From the IMG/VR virus record IMGVR_UViG_3300033555_000015, positions 1 to 35,646 of that record: a DNA stretch of 35,646 nucleotides; one strand, given 5' to 3'. The DNA is from a virus (lineage: Duplodnaviria > Caudoviricetes). Made by a program: the position numbers and the translations under genes. A model generated the notes under the pieces. That model had not been told where the DNA came from and searched no databases. It saw nothing but the letters and a program-made list of their open reading frames with translations. Position 1 is the first letter of the stretch, and each line of letters starts with the position of its first letter. Positions 24,975 through 33,374 of the stretch are shown one piece after another.

Positions 24975-25762
24975 TATGCTGCTTTCTTGCTTAGTCGAGT
25001 GAGGGATTCTCGCCCGGAGTCTAGGTGGTCTTGTATCTCCTGAGCGCCTGCCTCGGAGACAAGATACTTGACCTTATCCGAGAAGGCAGCCTGGAAAATG
25101 TCAACCAGGGGGAGGTACTTGGCCGCGAGGTGCTCGACCATGCCCTCGTTGCCCGGCTGGGCGTTGTGATGTAGGCCAACGGCGTTGTCCACAAAGTCTG
25201 CGAACTTGACGAGGAATACGTCCGGGACATCAATGACCTTTTCGACGTGCTCGGCGTACAGCACGCGCTTGTCAGCCTTGCTGAGACCTCTGGCGTAGAT
25301 CGGATTCGACACGGCTCGCACAACAGAAGACGCCGCATATCCGAAGTTACTGGTCAGATACAGGGACGCGAATCGTCGCAGCCCCTCCTCCGAATAGTCT
25401 CCCGTGTCGGGGAGCCCGAATAGGGTATAGGTGATCTCGGTGGCACAGTCCTCCAGTGTGTCGTGAAGAACGGCGGCGATGATGATGTGGGGCTCGTCAA
25501 CGCCGTAGCGGAGGAGTCGCACCGCATTGCGGAGCGGATGCTCGATGTAGTGGGTACGCGGCATGTTGCCCCGTACGGAGCGGGTGGCAGTTCGGTGGAG
25601 AAAAGCGGCGGTCTTGATCGCACTCTCTAGAGTGGCCAGCGTGCTGCCGAACTGAAAGGGATCGATAGCCTGAGCCCGAATCATGATCTCCTGGGCGAGC
25701 AGGCTTGAGTCTTGCTGCTTGAGAGGAAGACCCAGGATCAGGCTATCGATGTTGTTTGTCAT
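24974..25762 (-). CDS. HD-domain hydrolase, Mesh1/SpoT-like (small alarmone hydrolase-like)
   Basis: AA.LH...R......YIEHP, AAVLHDTLED, VKFAD.VDN; TTGACT-17-TAAGCT-6-ATG. Confidence 0.8.
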   Translation of the reverse strand: MTNNIDSLILGLPLKQQDSSLLAQEIMIRAQAIDPFQFGSTLATLESAIKTAAFLHRTATRSVRGNMPRTHYIEHPLRNAVRLLRYGVDEPHIIIAAVLHDTLEDCATEITYTLFGLPDTGDYSEEGLRRFASLYLTSNFGYAASSVVRAVSNPIYARGLSKADKRVLYAEHVEKVIDVPDVFLVKFADFVDNAVGLHHNAQPGNEGMVEHLAAKYLPLVDIFQAAFSDKVKYLVSEAGAQEIQDHLDSGRESLTRLSKKAA

Positions 25763-25793
25763 ACGGGAAGCTTAGCAGATTGACGAGGTTGAG

Positions 25794-26387
25794 TCAACCG
25801 ACAAACTCCCGCTCCAGCCAGTCCTGGATCTCAAGCTCGTGAACAAGCTCAAGGTTGTGACCGTCAAGGCCCACGTGAAACTGGTTGCCGTTGGTCACGA
25901 TCTCTTTCGAGTGAACGTGACCATGAAGCAGAGGCATACCCTCATCCCGAAGACGGAACTGGGTGTGCCGGTCCTCCTCGAACTCCCGCTCGCCCTCACC
26001 CTTGTAGGGGTAGTGGGAGAGCAAAACGCGTCTGCCTGCTATCTTGATTTGCAGAAAGTCGTGGATGGACTCGAAGTGAGCCAGCCAGAGTCGCTGCGCC
26101 TTTGAGGCTGTGGAATGGAAAGAGGCAGTCGCGTCGTGATTCCCCGAGATCAGGATCTTGCGACCATTGCGCGCGTCCAGGAAGTCAAACGCACCCTTGG
26201 CCGGGTTCATGGCGATGTCTCCGAGAACGTAGACGATGTCGTCCTTTCGGACGCGCGAGTCCCATTTCTCGGCAAGAACCGCCTCGTACGCGTCATGGTC
26301 TCCTGTGCCGTCAGGCAGGGCAAAGCCCCGCTCGCGGACAACGAGATTGTGTCGTATGTGGAGGTCGCTCGTGAAGAATCTGGACAT
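25794..26387 (-). CDS. calcineurin-like metallophosphoesterase
   Basis: FTSDLH, LGD, GNHD, SHYP, LHGHVH; TTGACA-17-TACGAT-6-ATG. Confidence 0.9.
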   Translation of the reverse strand: MSRFFTSDLHIRHNLVVRERGFALPDGTGDHDAYEAVLAEKWDSRVRKDDIVYVLGDIAMNPAKGAFDFLDARNGRKILISGNHDATASFHSTASKAQRLWLAHFESIHDFLQIKIAGRRVLLSHYPYKGEGEREFEEDRHTQFRLRDEGMPLLHGHVHSKEIVTNGNQFHVGLDGHNLELVHELEIQDWLEREFVG

Positions 26388-26399
26388 AGCTAGATCGTA

Positions 26400-27089
26400 C
26401 TACATGCTCGGATACATGTCAATCTGGTGATGTGCGCGATACGCCAACAGATAATCGTTGAGCGCGTCCCATCCGGGCTCATCGGGGAGAACGGACTTCA
26501 CGTCCATGAACGTCTCGTACCGATCCAGATACACGTCCTGAATGTCCGGGATAGACATCTCCGTGATGGTCTCGTAGAACGTGATGTCCGGCAGTTTGAC
26601 AACAAGCTCCCCTGTCTCCAGGATACCCTTGCCCTGCTCCAGAAGTCGGAAGAGGTGTCGGGCGTGCTTATTGGTACGCTTGCGCGTGCCAGAGGAGAAC
26701 GAGTCGTCCCGCTGGATCAGCTTGCGGAACTGGCTCTCGGCGTAGCCCAGGTAGGCGTTCGTCACGTGTCGAGTTGAGAGGACGGAGGTACGGAGGGACA
26801 AAAGATAATCGCCCCACTTCTCCTCCTTCTGAACATACTCGGGCAACCAGAGAAGCTCCAACACGGTCGGATTGGCCTTGGCTGCCAGCCTGAGGAACTT
26901 TTCGAGTTCATGTGCAGTGTGATCCGGGCCGGTACCTGTAATCGTCTCAGAGGGCTTTGAGAGGTTCCAGAAGAGATCCGTTGGATGTGAGTACACACCA
27001 AGGAGGTCTACATCAGAGTCAGCCGTAGCGAGCCCATGAGCCTGGCTTCCAGCGACGCCCTGGAGAATGTAAGTAGGCGTAGTAGTCAT
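26400..27089 (-). CDS. Pol-beta superfamily nucleotidyltransferase (YcgL/RlaP/T4 NrdC.11-like)
   Basis: GSQAHGL....SDVD..GV, HEL.KF..L..K.NP.VLE.L, Y.GYA..Q, K...H..RLL. Confidence 0.85.
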   Translation of the reverse strand: MTTTPTYILQGVAGSQAHGLATADSDVDLLGVYSHPTDLFWNLSKPSETITGTGPDHTAHELEKFLRLAAKANPTVLELLWLPEYVQKEEKWGDYLLSLRTSVLSTRHVTNAYLGYAESQFRKLIQRDDSFSSGTRKRTNKHARHLFRLLEQGKGILETGELVVKLPDITFYETITEMSIPDIQDVYLDRYETFMDVKSVLPDEPGWDALNDYLLAYRAHHQIDMYPSM

Positions 27090-27124
27090 ACGTAAAGTCT
27101 ATCCATATGGTTGAGAGAAGCCAA

Positions 27125-27364
27125 TTAGTCCCCTGGAATCTCGTTGTGCCAGTCGCAGGAGATCCCATATCCTCGAAGTGAGAGGCAGGTAATGACCTTC
27201 CCGTCTCGAAGCGTGATCTGTGTTTCCTTGATTAGGTAGGCAGTCTCGTCTCCCGTGGCATCCGGGGCGTTCAACGGCTTGTCATTGGCACCTTCCGCAG
27301 GGGCGGGGCCACATGCGGAGAGCGAGAGGAGCAGAATACCTGCTAGGGCGATAGATCTAATCAC
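27125..27364 (-). CDS. lipoprotein
   Basis: Signal peptide with lipobox LSAC; C-terminal C...GISCDW. Confidence 0.75.
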   Translation of the reverse strand: MIRSIALAGILLLSLSACGPAPAEGANDKPLNAPDATGDETAYLIKETQITLRDGKVITCLSLRGYGISCDWHNEIPGD

Positions 27365-27780
27365 TGGGTTACTTCCTGCATTTCGATGATGTTCGGGAAC
27401 ATGGAGAATAGCCCGTTGCGTACACCCCGGGTCTCGAAGACGTAGGTGCCGCCCTCCTTGATGCTGCCGTAGGTATCAGCAGAGTTGAACTTACCATAGA
27501 TGAGTGAGTCGTCTACGGAGAAGACCCCACAGTCCGCCGTGTAGACGAGCTTGGTGCTAGACTCCCCGCTGATTGCGCGTTCCTTGCTCTCGACCGTACA
27601 CGTGACGGTGTTCTTGACCGTGAGAGTCGAGAAGAGGCTATAGCCGCCGACCGAGACTACGCACAGGATGATGACCGCCGCCAGACCCCAGACCAGTGTG
27701 GTGAAGGGGTTCCTGCTGATCGCCCGAGGAATGAGCGTACGTCGGCGCGGGGAATTGCTGAATCGTGATGTTGTTCTCAT
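27361..27780 (-). CDS. membrane-anchored extracytoplasmic protein
   Basis: Basic N-terminus, one TM, CTV..KER...VYT..CGVF...D...FPNII; TTGACT-17-TAGGGT-6-ATG. Confidence 0.75.
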   Translation of the reverse strand: MRTTSRFSNSPRRRTLIPRAISRNPFTTLVWGLAAVIILCVVSVGGYSLFSTLTVKNTVTCTVESKERAISGESSTKLVYTADCGVFSVDDSLIYGKFNSADTYGSIKEGGTYVFETRGVRNGLFSMFPNIIEMQEVTQ

Positions 27781-27815
27781 GTACACACCCTAGCTGACAG
27801 ACGGCAGAAAGTCAA

Positions 27816-28151
27816 CTACCCTGCGCGGATTTCACAGTTCTCGGGAGCCCACTGGCGGGCGGTGCCGAGAAGCCAGATTTTTCCTACCGGGTTCGCTGTG
27901 TGCACCACAACACGTTTCGGCCAGATACCATACTCCGCCATCCACAGCATCACGGGGCGGGTGGTGTCCTCTCCACCGAGGTCGTGGTCGAAAGAGACCT
28001 CCTCTAGGTACGTGATGTGCGCCCAATCGCTGAGCCCAACCATCGTGGCATAGACACTTCGGAGGAGATACAGCGCCTCGCGAGAGGTCTTGGCCACCAA
28101 CCAGGAGTCGTCGGGCGCGGGACGCTCGTCGTCAATCCAAATTTTCGTCAC
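27816..28151 (-). CDS. cyclic-phosphate-processing receiver (REC-like) domain protein
   Basis: IWIDDERP.P, SFDHDLG, HTANPVG; GTG start with GGAG SD. Confidence 0.8.
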   Translation of the reverse strand: MTKIWIDDERPAPDDSWLVAKTSREALYLLRSVYATMVGLSDWAHITYLEEVSFDHDLGGEDTTRPVMLWMAEYGIWPKRVVVHTANPVGKIWLLGTARQWAPENCEIRAG

Positions 28152-28389
28152 GAAGAAACTCCAGATACTCAACTGTTTGAGCATAGCATTCATCATAGTC
28201 GCAGTACTTGGTGGGGATCACAAGCTGCCCGGTGAGAGGCCATCCAAGAGTGATGCACTCCCGGCTGTACTCATCGTGTCCGGTGCCAAAGGGCAGAAAC
28301 CCAGACAGCCCACACCAATCCCACGACGGCTTGTAGAACCAGACGCGGGGTTTCTTTGCGGCCTTGATGATGTCGAGGTTGGAGGTCAT
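28132..28389 (-). CDS. hypothetical protein
   Basis: 85 aa; ATGA overlap. Confidence 0.65.
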   Translation of the reverse strand: MTSNLDIIKAAKKPRVWFYKPSWDWCGLSGFLPFGTGHDEYSRECITLGWPLTGQLVIPTKYCDYDECYAQTVEYLEFLRDENLD

Positions 28390-29216
28390 CGTAGGAACCG
28401 TCCTTTCATGTAGTCGCGCAGGTCTTGTTCGATGTCCCAGTGTACGGCATCGAGAGTTTCAGTGTCAAGCGAGCCGAGGGAGAAGTTCTGGCCGTCACAG
28501 CAGAGACCCAGAACGTGGGTGGTGAAAGCGACATCCCGAGTGAACGGTGCAGAAGGGACGTGAAGCGTGGAGTTGATCCGAGTGTGGTAGTGGCCATGAA
28601 GGAAGACCTTCGGCTGCACACCCTCGAATGCCTTCTGCATGAGCTTGCGGCCCTCGTAGGCGTAATAGAGGTCGTTGTCCGTGAATCCCATGGGGTTTCC
28701 AGCGATGTGCGATTCGATCTGAGGCACGAACGGCGCGTCATGTCCCACCATCACGTCGGCGTACCCGCCTGCCACGGTCAGCGCCACGTCCTCAGGAGTG
28801 ATTGCCTCTTCGGCCCACCACGTGGTGCCCTTCAAAACGGTGGTGCGATACCAGCGATCTACAGATGGAGCGCCACCCAGCCCCACAAATGAGGCGTAGT
28901 CCCAGGACCAGCGGTGCCCGCGAGGCGCGAGTAGGATGCGATCCTTGCGGAGGTGCTGCCAGCCATCCTCGTTGACGGGGATCGAGTTGATGTAGGTGTA
29001 GTCCTCGTGATTGCCGGGCACCACGTACATGGTCTGCTCGTGCTTCTCCAGAGCGAGTCGGACACTCTTGAGGAATCCGTGCCCATGTGGCTTGTCGTAG
29101 ATTCCGAAGTCACCTACCTGGAGGATGGTCGTCACACCCTCGCGGCTGAATTTGTCAAGGGCGTAGCGCACCCAGGAGGTGTTGCCGTGCGTATCACCGA
29201 GAAGTCCTATAAGCAT
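28386..29216 (-). CDS. calcineurin-like metallophosphoesterase
   Basis: GDTHG, VGDFG, GNHED, GGA.S.D, HDAP, HGHYH. Confidence 0.9.
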   Translation of the reverse strand: MLIGLLGDTHGNTSWVRYALDKFSREGVTTILQVGDFGIYDKPHGHGFLKSVRLALEKHEQTMYVVPGNHEDYTYINSIPVNEDGWQHLRKDRILLAPRGHRWSWDYASFVGLGGAPSVDRWYRTTVLKGTTWWAEEAITPEDVALTVAGGYADVMVGHDAPFVPQIESHIAGNPMGFTDNDLYYAYEGRKLMQKAFEGVQPKVFLHGHYHTRINSTLHVPSAPFTRDVAFTTHVLGLCCDGQNFSLGSLDTETLDAVHWDIEQDLRDYMKGRFLR

Positions 29217-29239
29217 GCTTGCAGCCTACCAGACTCGGA

Positions 29240-29632
29240 TCACAACCACAAGACGGCTGCGGTGTTGATCAGTAGATGGACAGTGTTGTCGGCTACGATC
29301 ATGAGCCAGATTGCCATCCAGGCAGGGGTGGAGGCGGCGTACCCGCCATTCACGGAGGCCTCGGCCCACGTAGGACGGAAGGCCTTAGGGGCGAACTGAT
29401 TCTTGAACCACATCAGATGTTTCGCCAGTCGGAACCGGTCGATGATGATGTGCGTCCCACCGATCACCAGAAGTGCCAAAGGGCTCTGGGTGACCAGCAT
29501 ATAGGGCAGGGTGTACGTGACACCGTGCGCTATAGCTGGCCACCAGTGGGAAGTCTTCTGAGTTGCCATCCAGTGGGTTTGCAGAATATAGTCCCCAACA
29601 AGATGTGCCAGAAGAATTCCCAGGTAGATCAT
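29240..29632 (-). CDS. DUF3307-like membrane protein
   Basis: AHLVGDY.LQT..MA..K, H...Y, H..ID, DN..H across TM helices. Confidence 0.8.
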   Translation of the reverse strand: MIYLGILLAHLVGDYILQTHWMATQKTSHWWPAIAHGVTYTLPYMLVTQSPLALLVIGGTHIIIDRFRLAKHLMWFKNQFAPKAFRPTWAEASVNGGYAASTPAWMAIWLMIVADNTVHLLINTAAVLWL

Positions 29633-29754
29633 TCGCTATTTTCCTTGAGCCACGTGAGGTACCTAGCAGCATGAATCAGTACTGCATGGGGGCTGACCTC
29701 CCGCTGTTGTGAGGCTGCCATCAGTGCAACCTGCGCGTCAGTCATCTCAGCCAT
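29629..29754 (-). CDS. 41-aa hypothetical protein
   Basis: Translated by hand: MAEMTDAQVALMAASQQREVSPHAVLIHAARYLTWLKENSE; TGATG/ATGA overlaps at both ends. Confidence 0.55.
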   Translation of the reverse strand: MAEMTDAQVALMAASQQREVSPHAVLIHAARYLTWLKENSE

Positions 29755-29996
29755 CAGTAGTTCTCCCAATCCACGACGACCTCAGACGCGGAGAGCGAGT
29801 GGATCCTAAATTCAAGACCCACCGGCTCCTCCTGCCCTGCCGCAACTGACTCGTGAACAAGCTCTGCCCACAGGTCCGGAGATATGGTGATCCTCCAGGG
29901 CTTTCCCATGGTTATGATGTCCTCAAACACCGCCTGTCCGTCATCATCAAAGCCCTTGAACTTGCACGGGGCTCCGAGAGTTATCGGCTCAGCCAT
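29754..29996 (-). CDS. hypothetical protein
   Basis: MAEPITLG... start overlaps the NAMPT stop. Confidence 0.65.
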   Translation of the reverse strand: MAEPITLGAPCKFKGFDDDGQAVFEDIITMGKPWRITISPDLWAELVHESVAAGQEEPVGLEFRIHSLSASEVVVDWENY

Positions 29997-31674
29997 TAGC
30001 GAGCACATTGCGGACCTCTGCGAAGCTCTGGTAGCGAAGGAATTCACCATTGCGCCAGACCGTCTTGAGTTCGTTGAACGGGGTGTTCTCGGCGGTGGCT
30101 CCGGCCTCCTCGTCCAGCAGGACGAGTTCACCTTCGGTATTGCGGACGACGGCAAGACGGCCCTTGGCGGACTTTTTAGTGCCGTTGTCCGTGACCGGAT
30201 CCTTGGCGATACTGCGGCTCTCAGTACCAACCGAGACCCAGGTGGCCTTGATTGCGCTGGCGAAGGTGTCACGAGTCACGTACTGGTACGTGTAGGAGCC
30301 AAGCCCGTATACGATGTTGGTCGAGGCAAAGCCCTTGGCCGCGAGACGCTTGGAGATCTCATCCGCACGTTCGTAGCTGATCGAGTCGCCGTAGATCGCA
30401 CCGATGTGCGAGTCCAGAACCTTGTAGCCCTGCTCGTTGACCGTGCCGCCAAAGACCTCCCAGAGGAGTTCGATGACGCCCTTCTCGGCGGGAGTGCGCG
30501 CCGGGATGATGACAGACCCGTCCTCAGCATTCACGCCACTCTTGAGAGGATTATCCAGGAGAGCCTCGTTGTACCGCTTGAGGAGCTTGCGCTCTTCCTT
30601 AGTTGAACCCTCTCGACCAAGGTACTGGATCGTCCCAGAAACGATGTCAACCGGATCGCCCGAGTCGGGACGGATCACGAGCTTGCCGTCGCGGGCCAGG
30701 ATCTTGTCCTTGAGGTTCGGAAGGATCTCGGTGAGAACGTTCCAGAGGTCCCAGGTGTCGGAGACAACCGAGACGATGCCGGTGGGGTAGAGATCGATAA
30801 GGCGCTCGTAGGTCGCCTGCTCCTCACCCTCGTCGGAGCCACCGGCACACATAACCGAGTGCTCGGTCGCTGGGACGGATCCGAGGATTAGGCCGTTGGG
30901 GCTCAGAGCGCTCAGTCTTTCGGGTACCGAGCCGTTCTTGTCGAACGCAACCTTCTCGGCAGGCGTCAACTGATCGTAGACATTGTCCGAATAGAAGTCG
31001 TTGACGAAGTTGACCGCGTTGAGGTTGTCCGACCCGGTGAAGCTGAGAAGGTGTCCCGCAGCGCTTGCCGCAGCCGCATCAATCCCGGCCATGCCACGGA
31101 ACGAGAAGTCGTGGCCCTGCCACTCAACGCCCTCCGTAGAGCCGGTGGTCTTGGCGGCCCATTCATCCAGCAGCTTGCGGAAGTAGTGCGCCGTGGTTGC
31201 AGACGTGCTCGGCTGCCAGACAACAGCGCTCATGGCCGTCTCGATGTAGTTCACGAGCCAGTAGAACTGGGGCTCAGTGTTCTCGACGGTGAAGCTCGGA
31301 ACCCGGAGCGGCACAAGAGTACCTTCCGGAACCGCGTTGAACTCCAGCGGGAGGTGGCCTTTGCGGTGCAGCGCGCGGATGTGGGTGGAGCCAATGGCAT
31401 TCGGCCCGAGGACGGACGTGGTGAATTCCTCATAGAGGCCCGCCACCAAGTCCTCATCAGCCGCAAAGAAGGGTGCCCACGCATCGATGGCCCATGACTG
31501 GAGAAACGCCTGGAGTCCGAAGTGAACAACGTGCGTGGCTCGCGGGATACGGCTGCCCCGATTGGTGAAGTTGGAAAGCACCCCCGTTGTGCCGATGGGG
31601 TACTGATGGATGTGACCGAGCTTGTAGGCGTCGGTGTCCATCAAAGGACGGATGGGGTCGAAACGGTTTACCAT
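29989..31674 (-). CDS. nadV: nicotinamide phosphoribosyltransferase-like (NAMPT/NadV; probable NARP1 Namat)
   Basis: TDAYK.GH..QYP, HDFSFRG, HL.SF.GSD, PATEHSV, SVVSDT.D, IRPDSGDP, IYGDSI, KKS.KG. Confidence 0.92.
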   Translation of the reverse strand: MVNRFDPIRPLMDTDAYKLGHIHQYPIGTTGVLSNFTNRGSRIPRATHVVHFGLQAFLQSWAIDAWAPFFAADEDLVAGLYEEFTTSVLGPNAIGSTHIRALHRKGHLPLEFNAVPEGTLVPLRVPSFTVENTEPQFYWLVNYIETAMSAVVWQPSTSATTAHYFRKLLDEWAAKTTGSTEGVEWQGHDFSFRGMAGIDAAAASAAGHLLSFTGSDNLNAVNFVNDFYSDNVYDQLTPAEKVAFDKNGSVPERLSALSPNGLILGSVPATEHSVMCAGGSDEGEEQATYERLIDLYPTGIVSVVSDTWDLWNVLTEILPNLKDKILARDGKLVIRPDSGDPVDIVSGTIQYLGREGSTKEERKLLKRYNEALLDNPLKSGVNAEDGSVIIPARTPAEKGVIELLWEVFGGTVNEQGYKVLDSHIGAIYGDSISYERADEISKRLAAKGFASTNIVYGLGSYTYQYVTRDTFASAIKATWVSVGTESRSIAKDPVTDNGTKKSAKGRLAVVRNTEGELVLLDEEAGATAENTPFNELKTVWRNGEFLRYQSFAEVRNVLANG

Positions 31675-31692
31675 TTTGTGTTTGTCTTTTCT

Positions 31693-31872
31693 TTAGAAGA
31701 GGGAAGAGAGGCTGCCGAGAGAGTCAATATCGATGATCCCGGAGTCGAGAAGTTTTTCCGCAAGCACTAGATCGTCGGCGGTTTGATAGGACATGCGCGG
31801 TTCAATCATGCCCGCCACTTTTTGACGGGCAATCTTGAACTCGTCACGGGTGAGGATTTCGGCGCTAGACAT
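31693..31872 (-). CDS. 59-aa hypothetical protein between the PRS-like and NAMPT-like genes
   Basis: Translated by hand: MSSAEILTRDEFKIARQKVAGMIEPRMSYQTADDLVLAEKLLDSGIIDIDSLGSLSSLF; overlaps the prs stop. Confidence 0.6.
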   Translation of the reverse strand: MSSAEILTRDEFKIARQKVAGMIEPRMSYQTADDLVLAEKLLDSGIIDIDSLGSLSSLF

Positions 31873-32776
31873 AGATTGTTCCGTAGAGGTAGGGGGCGAG
31901 GTCGATCACGTCGATGTCATACCCGAAGGAGGCTCCGCGTGTCGCCTCAAGGGAGCCCGGGTGCGAGTTGGTGGTGTAGATCTTCCCGAAGTTCTCGGAG
32001 AGCGTTGCAATGCCCTTGGAGAATATACCATGGGTGACCCAGAGATCCAAACGGTCTTTGCCGATATTGATCGTCTCGGCAAGACCGTTGAATGTGCCTC
32101 CACCGTCACAGATGTCGTCCACGATCAGGAGTTTTCCCTTAGCGGGCAGATCCTCGCAGGTAAAGCCGGACAGTTTGCCGGTCGTGAAATCACGCGTTTT
32201 CTCGGCCAGAAAGACCGGAACCCTGAGCACGTTGGCTGCGCGAGTTGAGCGCCTCACGGCACCCTTGTCCGGCGCAATCACACCGACGTAGGGGTGCTGA
32301 TAGGTGTCGGCAACTCCGTGATTGCCCACTACGCGCATGATGATGCGCTCGAAGGGGTAGACCGTGAGCGGGGACTTCCACTTACTACCGGAGATGCTCT
32401 CAAAAAACCCGGGCATCGCGGAGGAGTGCGGATCCACGGAAATGATCTGTGAAAAACCCAGGCCACACAGAAAGTCTGCATACACCGCTGCCCCTCGGGT
32501 GGGCACCTTGTCTGCCCGTGCCCCCGGGAGATATGGGAGAATGAGTACACGAGGGACGTTGGGAGATTCCAGCTTGAGAGCATCCGCCCACATCGCGAGT
32601 TGCAAGAGTTCGTGGGAGTCAGCCCCTCGCAGATCCGCGATGTGGTACAGGATGTCATAACCACTCAACCTCTCTGTGCCCGTGATGTGGGCTTCACCTC
32701 CAGGGAAGGTGAACGCGGACAAGGGGCTGTCGATGGTGAAACCCTGCCGTGTCTTGGCTCTGAACGATAATGTCAT
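31865..32776 (-). CDS. prs: ribose-phosphate pyrophosphokinase-like (probable NARP1 Adps)
   Basis: FPGGE, PYLPGARAD, DPHS, APDKGA..R, IVDDICDGGGTF, VTHGIFSKG; TTGACT-17-TAGAGT-6-ATG. Confidence 0.9.
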   Translation of the reverse strand: MTLSFRAKTRQGFTIDSPLSAFTFPGGEAHITGTERLSGYDILYHIADLRGADSHELLQLAMWADALKLESPNVPRVLILPYLPGARADKVPTRGAAVYADFLCGLGFSQIISVDPHSSAMPGFFESISGSKWKSPLTVYPFERIIMRVVGNHGVADTYQHPYVGVIAPDKGAVRRSTRAANVLRVPVFLAEKTRDFTTGKLSGFTCEDLPAKGKLLIVDDICDGGGTFNGLAETINIGKDRLDLWVTHGIFSKGIATLSENFGKIYTTNSHPGSLEATRGASFGYDIDVIDLAPYLYGTIYV

Positions 32777-32807
32777 ATTGGTACTCTAGCACCCAAATAA
32801 CACTGAG

Positions 32808-33374
32808 TCAACGACCACCGTAGTTTATGCCGGAGACAGGCAAACTGCTTGCAGAAATTGCGACTTGGAGGCTGTGTAGCCACTTGCCTCTCCGGGCAAT
32901 ACCACCCTTGATATACGCCAGCGTGACGTGCGGACGGTACTCGGGGAAGGTATCGATGTGTGGGAGAAGCTGGAGCCGCTGGTGGCCCTCGATAAGATTG
33001 TCCGTGGGCTGGACGTGCCCCACAATCACCCAGTAGTCTTCTCTCGGGTCACTCGGCGGGAAGTACCCAATCGAGTCGATCACCACAGGCTCAGGTGCCC
33101 AGCCCTCCAACACAGCGTCAACCTGGGACTGCCAGTTCGGCCCGGACTCCATGAGCCCGTATAGCAGAGTTAGATGCGCGACCTGTTCCGCCACAGCCCC
33201 TTGAGCATAGGGGTACTGCGGGTCATTTGAGAAGAAAAGATCATCCTCGCCATCCGACACAAGGCTGGTGACAGAGATCGGATCTAGGTCCAGCATAATA
33301 CAGCCAAGCTTACTGAGGTCTACCCCGAGATCTGCATAGACACCAGGAAACTGTCGTGAGTTGAGTGCTGCCAT
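32808..33374 (-). CDS. 2H phosphodiesterase, Acb1-like (candidate anti-CBASS nuclease)
   Basis: Two HxT motifs: HLTLLYG and FPEYRPHVTLAY. Confidence 0.75.
   Translation of the reverse strand: MAALNSRQFPGVYADLGVDLSKLGCIMLDLDPISVTSLVSDGEDDLFFSNDPQYPYAQGAVAEQVAHLTLLYGLMESGPNWQSQVDAVLEGWAPEPVVIDSIGYFPPSDPREDYWVIVGHVQPTDNLIEGHQRLQLLPHIDTFPEYRPHVTLAYIKGGIARRGKWLHSLQVAISASSLPVSGINYGGR

Noticed and set aside
30480-31000. Inteins in the NAMPT-like insertions
   Set aside because: Insertions are only tens of residues and lack C/S...HN splice motifs
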